Part shown: positions 39,089 through 54,017 of the stretch, piece after piece
Layout: the number at the start of each line of letters is the position of its first letter
Numbering within the stretch: the first letter of the stretch is position 1
Assembly (NCBI RefSeq): GCF_006345805.1
Contig: NC_043000.1
Coordinates: 30,504,001-30,568,000, forward strand
DNA: 64,000 nt
From: Octopus sinensis
Taxonomy: Eukaryota
Direction: 5' to 3'
Translations under genes and position numbers: made by a program
The notes under the pieces: model-generated
The model's database searches: none
The model's input: the letters and a program-made list of their open reading frames with translations, nothing else
Told to the model about the DNA's origin: nothing

Positions 39089-39210
39089 GTATGTATATAT
39101 ATATATATGTACATACATATGCATATATATATATATTATATATATATATATATACATACATATATACGCATATACATATTTACATACATATATACATATG
39201 TATGTACAAA

Positions 39211-39241
<31 letters not shown>

Positions 39242-39335
39242 TTATATACATATATACATATGTATGTACATATATATATATACATACATATATATATATA
39301 TATATATAATATATATATATATGTATGTATATATA

Positions 39336-39386
<51 letters not shown>

Positions 39387-41197
39387 AATATATATATATA
39401 TATATCTATATATATATATATATAATATATATATATGTACATACATCCTATAAAATCCAGAAGGTTTATTTCTTATCCTGTAAGTTAAATCAGATTATTC
39501 CCATCAGCAATCCCTCGTTTTGCTATTTAACTCTTACGATACAAGCATTTTATATCTGTTTTATTACAATCGTATAACATGTTGTCTGTACAGCGTTAGT
39601 TTATTTCATTTAATCGTTTACTTTTATGCTAACTGTTTATGGACCGACTCAATATGATATAACTCTACATGCCACACATAGCATTTCATATATTTGATGA
39701 TGTGAAACAATAAATGTATCAACGATGCTATTGGATTAGGTGAAACTACAAGTCTACATGAAATACTTGGCTGCTTTTGTTTATGTTAGTGAAACATTAA
39801 TTGGCTGCAAGAATTGTAGGTACTGGTATAGTAATGCACCAGCTCAGCATTCGATACTTAAAAGACGAGAGCCTGGTAAAGAAAAAAAAAAGAAAATAGC
39901 CAAATCTGTTACTTTCTTTTTAGATGAATGCGAAAAGAGGAGAAAGAAAATAAAGAAACCAAATTTTATAACAGTTAAAGGAAAATCGCAGCTTTTCTAC
40001 ATATGTCTACTTTTATTAACTTTCAAAAGAAGCGTTAAATAAAGATACCAGAGATCAAGTTTTAAATGCCCTGCCTTTTAGTATCATTCGCTCGGATTTA
40101 GTATCATTCGCTCGGAGTATGAATATTCCCGGTTAAAAACCTCTGCTCTGTACATTCTTTTGGTGTGCTAGAATTAGTACTTAATAGCATTAGAGCAATG
40201 CACAAATGATTTGCGGTATTTATCTAGTTTGCACTTCTTATTTTCAAATCAATTTTCGTATCTGTTCTCAAGCTCGGTCATAAATGTTGCTGAATAATCG
40301 AATGAGTACTAACGGCCAACACGGGGTTCCCCGTAAACTCCTCTGAAGTGACGTTACTTTACAGTTTGGATAGATCGAAGATCAGAATCTCTCTCCAGAT
40401 GGAACCGCCGCATTGAGAGGCCACGGCTCTGGTTTTACGGACATGTAGTTAGAATGTCACAGGAAAGGACCGCTATACAGATTCTTCAAACCGAGACAAC
40501 TAGCAGAACTGATGGTAGATCTAGAAAGAAATGGTTTGATAATATTTATAATCGCATTTAGTTACACTTGGGAATCTAAACGGAAAGCGCAATGGGTTTT
40601 CTTCTGATCGAAACCTATGGAGGACGGGACTGAGGAATCTATCCCCAGGGCACTGCCAGAAATAGTGAGCAAGGAAAAATAGATAAATGGAAACTTTAAG
40701 CGTGCTATTGTTTCTAAAGAATTCGGTGCAGCAATTGGCACGAAACCAGGTTTTGCTTTTATCTCTTTAGATATAATAAATTTTACCCATGAGAAATGTT
40801 GTATTACTGGTTTTATCTATTACAGTATTGATGGATTAAGAACCAAAATATCTCTTTAAATATGAAATATCAAAATCCTTGCGATAAACTTAAATGCTGA
40901 AATATAGATATTGTCTTTGCAGCTCAGGCTCGGAGTTCAGTCCTATTGCACGGCACCTTTGCTTTTGGGCCGACCAAATCCTTTTAAGTGGATTAGGTAG
41001 GTGTAAACAAAAAGAAAGAAGTTCGTTGTATATATATGTATATTTAGGTTTGTTTGTCTCTTTCACCTGACATTCTGTGATTAGTTGTAAACGAGTGCCA
41101 CCGTCATGCAAGTGGTGTCCTTCGTTTCCAGTTTTTCAGTAAAATATATCTATTCATGGGGGAAATATTATTTACTTTGGGAATAGGTGATGATTGG

Positions 41198-41438
41198 AAG
41201 CAGGAAAGGGCCTGGTCGTAGAAATCCTCCTCAACAAATTCCCTCCGAACTATGCAAGTTTGGGCAAGTGGACATTAAAACGATGATGATCATCATCATA
41301 CTCAATTTCAGTTGTAAGCAGGAAAGGGCCTGGTCGTAGAAATCCTCCTCAACAAATTCCCTCCGAACTATGCAAGTTTGGGCAAGTGGACATTAAAACG
41401 ATGATGATCATCATCATACTCAATTTCAGTTGTAAGCA
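41198..41438 (+). repeat. Perfect 118-bp tandem duplication of a SINE 3' end plus flank
   Basis: Units start at 41198 and 41316; AAGCA microhomology at the junctions. Confidence 0.9.
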
Positions 41439-41859
41439 ATCTTCCTGTCTATTGCATGTTTCTTAGTGACGGAAAGTGAGGACAAGTGGTCGGTGCTGCC
41501 TCTGCATAGGGCAGTTGAATGGTCGTGAAGCACTTGGACAGTGATTAAGCAGCTTTTGTGTCACTGTTACAGAGGGTAGGCGGTGATCTGGGTTACAGGA
41601 TATTTCAAGGGTCATCTCGACCGGCCATGGGATCATGTACTGTGTGTACTTCGGTGGAGCCGAATCCTTGATCTCTCTGCGTCACCTAACACAGGGCTGG
41701 GAGACGTTGTGGCGATCTGCTTCTCCCAGTGTTGAGCAGCCCTCTTCCATCAATCTCAACCAACAGGTTCCCAGGTGTACACTTCTAGCTCTTTCAACCT
41801 AATCAGGTGGTGCTATTAAGTTAGACATGACCTGGACCAATCTTTGGTCGAAACGTATC

Positions 41860-41930
<71 letters not shown>

Positions 41931-42811
41931 GGGAGAGAGAGAAAGAGAGAGTTTATGCAAGCGTAAACCTGAGATACTAAATCTTCCTTCTCTATCAATG
42001 CACCAGAACTACTTCTACACAAATCCGATTGAATAAGGAAAGCATACGCATTAAAAAACATAAACCACGGGTAAATGTCCTTTAGAAAGAAGAAAAAACA
42101 CTAAAAAGAAGATAAAACTCAATTTCTCTGTGAAAAAAAACAACTAGATGCAACAGACATAATTCGAAAAACTTTCGTAGCCGTCTTTTTCTCGGGTTCC
42201 GAAACTACAACACCAAATCTCCGCACAATGACAACATATAAACACCAGTTGCTGACGTAACCCATCTCTAGACCAATGAAATCCTACCTCCGATCAGAAC
42301 TGGACCTCCAGGGAAAAAACCCACAAAAACAAACAAAGTATCGCTTTAAAAGAATCAACAAGGTTGATGAAGTTAACCAGGCAGAACGCCAAACTTGACC
42401 ATCAGAAAGAATCAGACGTCAACAGAATTATAACGAATCAAAAATTTGATCCGTTCACAGAAAAAGTTATAAATGCATTGATTCCAAAACACTCTGTTAC
42501 AAGCAGAAAACCCTGTACGCGACGGAAAAAGAAATCACGACAGATGACGGGAACTGTAACAAAATCCCTTTTTTACTCTCTTCTTTTCCTATGTTCCCTC
42601 TCTTGACTCAGTATGACCGAACATTTGGTGATCTACGTTTTCTATATCCTTCGCCGATCATTTTTGATATTATTGAATTTTATGAACATTTTATCATTTA
42701 GATATGTTTTCTACTTCGCAATTTTAAATTTCTAAAATCCCGCACGTTTATATCATTGTTAAACGAAAATAATGTTGAAATTTCATTACAATAAATCGAC
42801 CACATCAGATT

Positions 42812-43197
42812 GAGAGCATGTATTCCTGCCCCGTAAAATTCTGTCGACTGTTCTTTGAGCCACTTCTTCACCACAATTTTCACTTCTTCGTCACCCTCTT
42901 TCATGGTGCTGAAGAAATGATAGTCCAGTAACGAGGATAGTCCAGTGACGAGGAAGTGTAAAGTGTAGTGAAGAAGTAGCTCAAAGAACAGTCAACAGAA
43001 TTTTAAGGGGCAGGAACAATGCTCTCGTTCGACGGTGGAACAATGCTATTGAGAGAAACGGTGACTATATTGATCCACAGGATCCAGAGGATGCGATCCA
43101 CAGAGGACCAGCTTCATTTTGATGTATGATACATGTTTCTGTGTTGGTAATTATAACTGTCCTAAACAAAATGGCATTACTTTTTGACTCACCCTCA
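42812..43197 (+). mobile_element. Mariner 3' relic with right terminal inverted repeat (TIR), preceded by an inverted copy of the transposase C-terminus
   Basis: DEEVK..VKKWLKEQSTEFY.AGI.AL and RRWNNAIERNGDYI; TTACTTTTTGACTCACCCTCA|TA end; arms 42812-42894 / 42945-43026. Confidence 0.8.
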
Positions 43198-46100
43198 TAT
43201 AACAGATGGAAGTGGAAATATAAAAGTTTAAAAAAAAGATATATACTGTAATACAGTAAAATATACTTATCAACATATTTAATTCTAACATGGAAGAAAA
43301 TAAACGCTAACACGATCTAATCGTGCATATTTATTTGCAGAATACATTTTGATGCCATAGATATGTATACAGTAACAATAAATATGAATGAAATATGTAT
43401 TATTATTTTTTATAGAGCACGATGAAGCATCGCCAAAAAGACAATTCATAACAGCATGTGACCAACTTGAGTCAACTAGAAACAGAAACAACGCAGATTT
43501 ATTTGTGAATATGGGACAAGCCAAATCAGTTGTCAGCCGCTATTATTATGAGATGGCCCATGTTGTTTAACTGTGTTAAAGGCACATATAATGTAGACAC
43601 TTTCGTTCAGCAACTATCATTGTTTTAAATAATACAAAATTTAGCTTGATGCTGATTCCCACGCAAACAATAGAAAATATATGTATTGTATGAAATTGTT
43701 CACCTACGAGATTATGTTCATAAACATTCCCAGTGACATATTTGTGTAGGTAATTAAACGAAACTCAAATGAGATTATAAATTATGATAGATTGAACATA
43801 TATATTATAGAGTGTATATTTCACACAAGTAAAATTATTTATAACTGACAGGTGTTAAGTGCATTGATTAATAAGGGGCGTACTGCAGGTTTGTGTACCA
43901 CTTAAATCATTTACAGGTAATTCACGAACAGTATGCATTGATACAAAATTAATAAGCTCAATCTACTTTCCACAGTCCATGTGGGAATTTACTTATAGAT
44001 TGATTTTTGGCTACATGTCTGAAGCCATTTAGGCTTCTAGAAGAAACTCGTATTCATCTTAAGCAATATTCTTTGCTAACAAGTATGCTGTATAGCTATT
44101 AGGAATGTGTACAAACCACCAGCTCCTTACCTGCATACAAAACATTTAATTAATCATGTTCCTTGCGTTTTCAAAAGAAGTTCATATAAGTTAGATATTT
44201 AAAACGTTAAGTTTATTTTGAAATATTTTTGTACGATTTGCTTAACGAGGAATTCATATTCATCGCTTCAATACACATCTGCAGATGGAAATATCTTGAT
44301 GGTATGAGTCAATAAAAGAACTTCTATGTAGCCATGTGCTCTGTTAGAGATCGCAGCAAGAAATCCCTCAAAGCATGAAAAGATGACAGGAATAGCAGTA
44401 ATATAGTGAGAGTCATCGACGACATTCGTTATTGCAATCGTTCTCGCCGTTACCGAGACAATTTGTTGTTGCATTTTTGCTGTCATTGATTCTGTTGTTA
44501 TTTAACAGAGATCCGAGCTCACTCGGATCCCTACAAACCGGACTCACCTACATATGATCATTGTTGCTGCAACTACGACCATTGAGTTATCCCCTATCGA
44601 CGGAACTACATAAGTGAAAGCAGTCTTTACTGAAGAAAGAAATTTAGCTGATATTTTTAGCAAGACGAGCAAACCTATTGTGACTCCATTTTATCCACAA
44701 TGTTGTTTGACTTCCAATCGAAACCAATCGATTTATGTTCTTTTATTGATAAAGGCAATTGAAAGGATTCAGTGGATGATGCACATTAAGCATTGCCTTC
44801 CCTAAAGCCTTTCTCTCCTTGTGTATGAGTAACGAAATAATAAGACCTCGGAGGAAGTTAAGCATTAAACATGTAGCAACCTCAGATAAGACCCCCAGTG
44901 GATTCTGGAAATAATTTAAAACTGTTTCTCAACCTTTTTCAATCTCCCGAGAAATAAATGTGACATGCTTGTATGTCTCCGGCGTAGATTTACATATATA
45001 ACGTCATCCCGTGATACAGTGTGGATTTATATCCCCGTTGATAGGCCCCTGATATTAGATAGAAAGATAAACTCTTATAGTATGCAATTTAGTAGCTGCA
45101 TTTCTCTGAAGCCATAAGATTTGTTATGCATAAATAGAAATTGGTTGCATGTTTCTCAGCCACTGGAAAAGTGTTGTAGATAAAGCTGATAAGACCGCAA
45201 CAAAAGTCGAAGATCGTTTGAAGCTGGTTACCATTCCTCTCAATATACGGAGACATTGTTAAGTTTGCCATGTTTGTAAGTCCCAGAACAAGCTTACATA
45301 TTCCCTATTTGTGTTATAAACAAAGTAAGGAGTTTATCACTGGATCAGCATACAAATAAACGTCTGTTGTAATGCGCACTAGATCTTAAAACCATTAAAA
45401 TCTTTAAAATCATGATAAAAGGAAAATGAGGGCAAGAAGGACTTTAAAAAGAACTACGTTCATGCTGCTTCTATGCTCTCCAGTTCACAGAATTTAAAAT
45501 ATTCATTAGATAACATTAATTATGCATATTCCAATATATTTATAATTTCTTGCTAATGTACCATTACATCATCGTTTCTAACATACGACAAAGAATGAAG
45601 CCTTTATGGGTAATGTTAGCATGAGTGTATGAATACCCCATATTTAACTGCAATTTGCTGTTGTTGGATCAAATCAAATTTTGTTTTATATCATATATTA
45701 TATCGTAGTTCTTTGGCAAAACTTTATTTAATCTCTCGGAATTATTCGCCATTCACCTTCCACTTTTCTAATTTTCCATGTCAGAGAAATTTTATTGAGA
45801 ATTATGAGTTGTTCCAATTAATTAATTTAGAGATACTGAATTTTTATTTATGATTAATAAATTTATCGATTATTATTTGCTTTTCCTAAATAACATCAAA
45901 CAACCTGATCAATGAATATTTAAATAAAACGGATACAAACATATTTTTAAAGTTTAAATTTCATTTTGTTCATGTGTCAATCGTTACTAATCTCATAAGA
46001 TAATTCAATTTTCTTTCTAATAATTCATATTCCTGTCCAGGCCTGCTTTGAATTACAGCAATGGATATTTCCCGTGGCATTCAAGCTAAATTTTTGTCTG

Positions 46101-48229
46101 ATTACAATGTAATTAAATCCACCTTTATTTAAATGCCAGCTATGTTCCATGATAACTATGTTACTAAACTCCTTATTACGCTGAAGCAGATAGCAGCGCA
46201 GTGTATGCAGCCACGCAGCATTAGACATAATTTCCAAACCGCAATCAATATATCAATGATTTTTAAATGTGTTTCCAATTTTTATAGTACAGCCTAATTA
46301 GCCGAAAGTGTTTGGTTTTGCAGAGAAAGAGAAAAATGTGTTTTTAAAGTTAGTATTCTTCTTCAAGCTGATTGCGCATCATTGCTCATTTATATATATA
46401 AAAAAGAACGCAGGAACCAACGAAGAAGCTATTATCTGGTTTCTAGATTTGTTAAACATGGCCATCACATTTCTCTCAAATCACATTTTACCACATTCGA
46501 AAATGAAAGATCATTAGATACAGTAAGATACTTGACATTAACGGAATGGTCAAAGCTGGAGAATCATTAGTCGAAGATGACCTAGGGTTAAATAACAACA
46601 ATGTTAACGACCACGTGATTTTTCATAATTGACTGTGGTAAAACGTCATATTTTGCTTTAAAATTGAGGTAGTTTAAATATAAAGATATGCTCTAAGTTC
46701 TTTAAATATAAATTCCAAGAAAAATTGTTTGGCAATTATGCTTCGTGACGTCCAATAAAATTGTATTTCATACATTTGTCAGAATACAAATATTAACATG
46801 TATGTTATCATTAGAAGTAATATGATGGCTAAATTTTTACTTATTGAAGAAGTGAATAAGTTCTTAATTTGAACTTATGTAGTTTCCATTTTCATTAGAT
46901 GACTTGCTTAACATAGATAAAGTTATGACATATATTATAATTTTGCTGTATCATCACATATGTCTGTGTCATATATTAATATATAAAAACATCAATTACA
47001 GTTTGTTTTATACACTCAACTCTTTCAAATTTATTCTGTAAATTGGCCACGTAATATTAAAATGAAGAATAGATTACCTGCTGTCAGAGTAATTCTTTGT
47101 GAAAATATTGAAATCTTCTTATGATATAAAAGAAAATACAATAATTGTTGTAAATCGGGAAAATGTAATCATTTTTCAATATGTTAGTACAGTTTCAAGT
47201 ATTTATTATGGCGTAGATATAAATTCAAAACAGTGTAAGCCGAAGTTTCTTTTCCTTATTCGTAATCATTCCTGTTTTATCCAATAATTTTTTATTGATA
47301 TATATAAAATATGACATATGACATTGTGTCAGCTACTATATTTCATAGACAACTACCGGAATATTCCTGATAAAATATATACACAACACACTACAAGGTG
47401 TCCTTGTCTTTAATTGCATACATAGCAGTAATTTGTAACCATTGGAAAGTATTTAAATGCTGCTGTTTGACATTTATGGAAGAAAACATTACAAATATCC
47501 ACATATAGATATTTCATGTTCATGCCGTTATATTATTTATATATTATAGATAATCTGAGATATATTGTTCGGCGGAGAACAATAACGTCTAGCGCAACTT
47601 GATCAATATTATTACATGAGGATTTATTGTGTCTCAAAATAACTGACTATTAAGCATTTCATTTTGCAGTGTTTCACAGCAAAATAATATAATTTGTCAT
47701 TTATTATAGACGGTAGATACACAGTAGATAATGTTAATATGTTGTATAGGATATTGTGTAATACCAACACGTTTTGCTAGTAGCGTATTGCACACCTTAT
47801 TATTCTGGGAGTTCGTCGGTGCAGCATACCAAAGAAATAATATCTGATAGCGTGAAGACAGGAAAGAATAAAACATCACTGATCAGAACACAGCATCATA
47901 TTTGTTAAAACACGTAATGCAATTTCCTAGTGTTCAACAGTAATTTGTATTGCAACAAATATTTTTACCATATAACAATTGATTCAAGCATAAAAATTAG
48001 ACATCATTGAATAAACACAGCGTCATATCAAACGGCATAAAATATATAATGAATGGAATTTCATTGCGTCTTAAAATAATTTGTATTACGAGAAAGTTTT
48101 TGATATAATGTTACAAACCATTTCTGAACTCTATTTTTTCAGTCATCATTTTACATCGTATCAGAAGAAGACATAATTTAAGGCAAAACAATATTCCTTA
48201 CGATATTAATGTATAATTGTTTCTGTTAA

Positions 48230-48640
48230 GGCACAATGCCAGCAATAAGCAATTTTGATACGAGAAGTTCAGTCGATTATTCTCACCCTAGTACTTAACT
48301 GGTACTTTATTTTACTGATCCGGGAAGGATAAAAGAAAGCTGATTTCTGCGGATTTGATCTCAGACCACAAAACGACAGAATATAACGGAACAGTTGTAT
48401 TTTCCGATGATCCCTACTCTCTCACAATTCTGTCAGTTCACCGCCAATATTATTGATTAACGGTTTTAAAGTTTGGCTCAAAGGTAGCAATTCTTACGGA
48501 CCGGATTAAGCCTAGTACATTGAATCTGAAAGGACGGAAAAACAAACTCAACCTCGATGACATTTGAACAAAGCCGGACGAAATGCCATTAAACATTTTG
48601 TTCGATGCACTATCAATTCTGCCCGCGCACAGCGTTTTGA
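48230..48640 (-). mobile_element. Two adjacent degenerate SINE family C-like copies
   Basis: CCCTAGTACTTAACTGGTACTTTATTTT...; CAACCTCGATGACATTTGAAC...GACGAAATGCC. Confidence 0.5.
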
Positions 48641-49159
48641 TTTACGAATAATATATTGTAATATATAATAAAATGCAACCTCGTAATATAACAGTACATA
48701 TTACGTCAATCATACATGTATGGGCGCGCCATTTGTAACACTACATTTAAGATCATTGTTCCATAATATATAAAAGTATAACATAACACACTGCTATATA
48801 TCATGTCACATAGTGTCACGGTAAATTATATAGCAAGCCCTTGCTATGATAAATGTCAGTTTTTATATGCACATATTTTATATGCTCAGTTGAACTATAG
48901 TCAGCTCTTCCTCACTGTCAAGGTTAACGCTAGTTAAATCGTTCAGCTGCGACCTTATAAATCTTGAATTGTAAACACCGTCAAATATTTCTTCACTTTA
49001 CACACTTCGATTCATTGAAAATATACCTTGAATTATCCGTCGAACTGTACAAGCAGTCCTCTTCCTATAACATAGATTTATCATCCATATGACTCACAAT
49101 GCATATCTCTTGGTTTATATCATGCGCTTATGAATCTCTGTATACTTTTCAAGAGATTT

Positions 49160-49571
49160 AGGCGTAGGAGTGGCTGTGTGGTAAGTAGCTTGCTTACGAA
49201 CCACATGGTTCCGGGTTCAATCCCACTGCGTGGCACCTTGGGCAAGTGTCTTCTACTATAGCCTCGGGCCGACCAAAGCCTTGTGAGTGGATTTGGTAGA
49301 CAGAAACTGAAAGAAGCCCGTCGTATATATGTATATATATATGTATGTGTGTGTATATCTTTGTATGCCTGTGTCCCCCCCCCAACATCGCTTGGCAACC
49401 GATGCTGGTGTGTTTACGTCCCCGTCACTTAGCGGTTGAGAAAAAGAGACCGATAGAATAACTACTAGGCTTACAAAGAATAAGCCCTAGGGTCGATTTG
49501 CTCGACTAAAGGCGGTGCTCCAGCATGGCCACAGTCAAATGACTGAAACAAATAAAAGAGTAAAAGAGTAT
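49160..49571 (+). mobile_element. SINE family A, full length
   Basis: Near-consensus head to tail with AAAAGAGT tail repeats. Confidence 0.92.
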
Positions 49572-49829
49572 TATTATTAGTCTTATATTGCAAGAATATT
49601 TAGAGCAATGGACAACTTGCTCTGGGTATTAAAATACGGCCTGTTAGATTTAGTGTTCAAATCCGATCCAAGTTAGGTGTGACTGTCATTCTTCCTGGGG
49701 CAGTTAAAATAAAGTACCACTTCATTACTGCGCTCGATTTATTCGAATAACTATCTATCCATCTATTATATATAACATCTGAACCTAATTTGATATTGTA
49801 AACATTGTGCCTTTAACCCACGAAATATA

Positions 49830-50060
49830 CAGGGTGTCCAAAACGTCTCTCCGCAGGGCTTTTGTTTTTCTTCACCCTGCGCATCATCACAGCGCTACTT
49901 CATGAGGTTTTCGGTGAACGAAGGGACTTTGGCAACCATGACCACCTTGGTGATTTAACACCGCCAAAATTTTTTCTGGGGATTAAGTAAAGGATCATTG
50001 TAAAAGGATCGCCCGAAAACCATTAAATGCGTACTGCGGAGAGACATTTTGAACACCCTG
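49830..50060 (+). mobile_element. 231-bp Tc1/mariner-superfamily deletion derivative (MITE)
   Basis: TA|CAGGGTGTCCAAAACGTCTCTCCGCAG ... CTGCGGAGAGACATTTTGAACACCCTG|TA; interior resembles degraded WPPRSPDLTP.DFFLWG coding. Confidence 0.85.
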
Positions 50061-50945
50061 TATTTAACGCGCAATAAACGAGATCGTTGAAAAAAGCTGA
50101 TCTGTACACTAACGCCTGTTTGAGTGTTAAGATATCTATTTTCCTACATCCTCTCAAAAATTATTTTCTCAAACAGTATAACTGTTTACTTGTACTCTAC
50201 TTTTATTTCCATTTTACCTTTTGTTGAAAATATGATTCATCAAATTCCATAAATACTCAATACCTTTTAAACGATATATTAAGGAGAAATTTATATTTAT
50301 TGGAAAGTACAATATTCAAAGTTTGTTAATCTTTCCCTATTTTATGACGACCCATCAATGTATTGAATTGTGGTTCCTTAGCTAATATCAATATTACATA
50401 ATAGTCCTTGACAGTTATTGCTGTTTATATCAAGAATCAACAGCTGCAAGAGTGGCAGGAATTTTCCTATATTTCTTCAGCACTTAAAGCTTTGCGCCAT
50501 TCTTACTGGAACTATTGACGTGAATATTCTCCAGGCAATACTTTGCAGAAAATGAATAAAAAAAACAAAAAAAACACTGAGGAATAAAAAAAAAAAGGCA
50601 GAAATAATTTCTGCTTTACTGCCTACTGTACAAAAATCATGACTTTCTCTCGCCCTCTCACGTTTCCAATGTGAATATAATAACCGCTGTTGTGTTTCGT
50701 CAACGGAGAACAACCTCTCCATTCAGACAAATCTGTGGCACTAGATTTTAGCCTAGTTGTGTGTGTACACTCGGCCTAAGCTAGCCCAGAGCATAAAAAA
50801 CTATAAGCACAAATCTTGTTAGATTCATTGGTCCGTGTTAGATTTGTCTGAGGAAACACAAGTCCTCTTGCCTCCAGTGAATCGAATGTAAACACACGTT
50901 CGCGTGAAGAGAGAAGTTGTTCCCTGACGAAATAGAACAGCAATT

Positions 50946-51260
50946 TCTTTTCTTTTCGTCGCCCTTTTCAAGCCTAGCCAGGCTCATAGGCCCGGGCTCC
51001 CGGTTTCTGTGGCGTATGTGTTTCCCCCAGCTAGACGGGACGCCAGTCCATCGCAGCGTTACTCAAGAAACGGGAAGAGAGAGTGAGAGAAAGCTGTGGC
51101 GAAAGAGTACAACAGGGGTCGCCACCACCCCCTGCCGGAGCCTCGTGGAGTTTTACGTGTTTTCGCTCAATAAACACACACAAACCACCGGCCTGGGAAC
51201 CGAAACCATAATCCTCCGACCGCGAGTCCGCTGCCATAACCACTGGGCCATCGCGCCTCC
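50946..51260 (-). mobile_element. SINE family B, tail type 3 (V-domain-like); truncated relative at 52609-52818
   Basis: Head + GAGTAACGCTGCGATGGACTGGCGTCCCGTC...GAGCCTGGCTAGGCTTGAAAAGGGCG. Confidence 0.88.
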
Positions 51261-51911
51261 AGAACAGCAATTGTCATATTGAAATTCGAATCACTCCGAA
51301 AGTTTTAAACAGGTTTTCCTTCCGACTCTGCTGTTCACCGAGCAGAAAACGACTCATTACTAACATAAAGTCTTTTAGAATATTTACCAAATAAATTATT
51401 TGCAAGGTCAGAGAAGAGCGTCCAATGTATTGAGATGCCAAATATTACAGGCTCTCATTGACAAAAGAAATTCTATTTTCTAATTTAATTATTAATATAG
51501 AATTTCTGGAAGAATTTTGTAAGTTTCGAATTGTTACGAACATCACCACTATAGACGTGGCCATCAATACTCTCTAATCTCCTTGTCACTCTATTCTTCT
51601 TCGGCCTCCTCCTTGTCTTCACAATCATTACCATTGTTCTCCTTGTCAATATCACTGTACTCTTAGTCGTGATCGCCCCCATTGATTTATTTCAATGTTA
51701 TTTGTTCAACAATATCCTCACAATTATATTTAAATATTATCGACATTCAACAATCGCTATTTTTATCGCTATTGTTTTCGTCCTCAGTTTTTGTTTCAGA
51801 AATGAAAAAAAAAGCGCGTGTAAATAATTTGCAAAGTATGTTATATTTATGTAGCTGCATTCAATAAAAATGCTCTTAATGGCGTTCGATTGTTTGGTAC
51901 AGTAATTTATC

Positions 51912-52294
51912 GTTGTCTCACACCGTCGGTTACGACGACGAGGGATCCAGTTGATCCGATCAACGGAATAGCCTTCTCGTGAAATTATCGTGCAAGTGGC
52001 TGAGCACTCTACAGACACGTGTACTCTTAACATAGTTCTTGGGTAGATTCAGCATGACACTGTGTGTAACAAGGCTGGTCCCTTTCAAATACAGGTACAA
52101 CAGAAACAGGAAGAAAGAGTGAGAGAAAATTGTGACGAAAGCATACAGCAGAGTTCGCCACCATCCCCTGCCGGAGCCTCGTGGAGTTTTAGGTGTTTGC
52201 GCTCAATAAAGATTCTTAACGCCCGGCTTGAGAATCGAAACCACGATCCTGCGACCGCAAGACCGCTGCCCTAACCCCTGGGCCATTGCGCCTC
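51912..52294 (-). mobile_element. SINE family B, tail type 1 (also 63696-64000, +, cut by the window edge)
   Basis: Head + GTGCTCAGCCACTTGCACG...GATCAACTGGATCCCTCGTCGTCGTAACCGACGG. Confidence 0.88.
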
Positions 52295-53293
52295 ACAGAA
52301 ATTTATGCTTTGTCAGAAAATCAATTAATTATTCAGTTTGGTAGTTGATGAGTTAGTTTGTTAATTTGTTAGTTATTCTTTAGGTAGTTTGTTTGCAAGT
52401 CAGTAAGTTAGTGAGTCAGTCAGTCAGTCTGTTATTTACCCACTAAGTGGATCGTGAATTTTCTCCTGAATTCCTAATGTTCTTTCTGTCCCTTTCTTTC
52501 ACCCACAGATTTTTGAGCTCTTGCATAGTGAATCAGATGCTATCCAGAAAATTGGTTTATGTAGGTTTTTTCCCAGCGCACCTTCTCCTGTTTTGCCATG
52601 TGAAGCATATCGCAGCGTTACTCAAGAAACAGGAAGAGAGAGTGAGAGAAAGTTGTGGCGAAAGAGTAGAACAAGGGTCGCCGCCACCTCCTCCTGGAGA
52701 CTCGTGGGGCTTTAGGTGTTTTCGCTCAATAAACACACACAACGCCCGGTCTGGGAATCGAAACCGCGATCCTCCGACCACGAGACCGCTGCCCTAACCA
52801 CTGGGCCATTGCACCTCCATACTGAGTGAATAGTATTTCGAAATTGCTGATTAATGTGTCGTTTGTAACATGTATCTGCTTGTAGCCAGGTGTAATAATA
52901 GGTAAGAATTAATGTCTTTTGCGGTGTTGACAAGTAGGTTTAGTAACTTTACATTTTTATTTGATAGTTTAAGCAACACTTTCTTTGCTAATTCAGTCTC
53001 TAGTGAAACAATAGTCAGATAAGACAGTGGTACGTAACTGAAATGCTGATAAAGCGAACATAATACGGAGCGACATAAATCTTACCGGATGTATAGAATT
53101 TCTCTTCAACTCTTCACAAACATTCACATTATTAGTTTAGGTAATAACGGTAACTAAGAGATCTATAAAATATCTATGGAAACTTGGCAGCATTAAAGAT
53201 TATTGTCATGCTCGTATTATCATTATAGCCAAGCATCGGATGTCGTAACTAATAGCGCAGTTAATAAAGCGATGACTCAAATACTAGGAAAAA

Positions 53294-53985
53294 AATCCCA
53301 GCGAAGCCACGGCTTTGCTTTTTACTATAAAACAAATGAACGGTGTTTCTTGAAGATTCAGGATGAAAATTTTTTGTGTCGTATGTGTATTATGCCTCAA
53401 AATGACTGAAAATCGTAACTAAAATGGAAAATGCTGTTAAATTCTTCAGGTATGCTACGGCAAGCAAATAATACCGATTTCAGTGGTTGATACGATAACT
53501 TTTTATCCAACCAAGCGTGCTATTTGAAAGCAATAAGAATTAAAATATGTGTAATGATCAAACATAGAGAAGGTTGTGCATAACGATGCAGAAAGCGTAC
53601 ATTCTTAGCAGTGGAAGTTATCTGCCAAATTCTTCTCGAGCCAAGTTAAACAGGAGGGTCACTACAAACCAACTTCAAAGACGAAAGGAAAAATAACGCT
53701 TCATTATGCATTTATGTTCAAAATTTCAAAATGCTTTAACGAAGAGTCATGAAGCGAGAATAAGAAAGTGTCTGTAGTTATATCATTCAATTGAAAGCAT
53801 CCCATCGTGAGTGCATCGTGGCGTAAGGAGACTTCTAATAATTCAACTATTAAGTCTTATGTACAGTTCTCGATATTGTCAAGTTGGGCATATTATTTGC
53901 TTTGTGACATCATACAGTCAAAGGTGATGATTTCACGAGGTAACATTTCATAATACACACACGCACGCACAAACGCACACATGCG

Positions 53986-54017
<32 letters not shown>

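Noticed and set aside
42060-42560. Possible PLE N-terminal coding relic
   Set aside because: Only vague motif resemblance (LNF...DII, DPFTEK); not supportable by eye.
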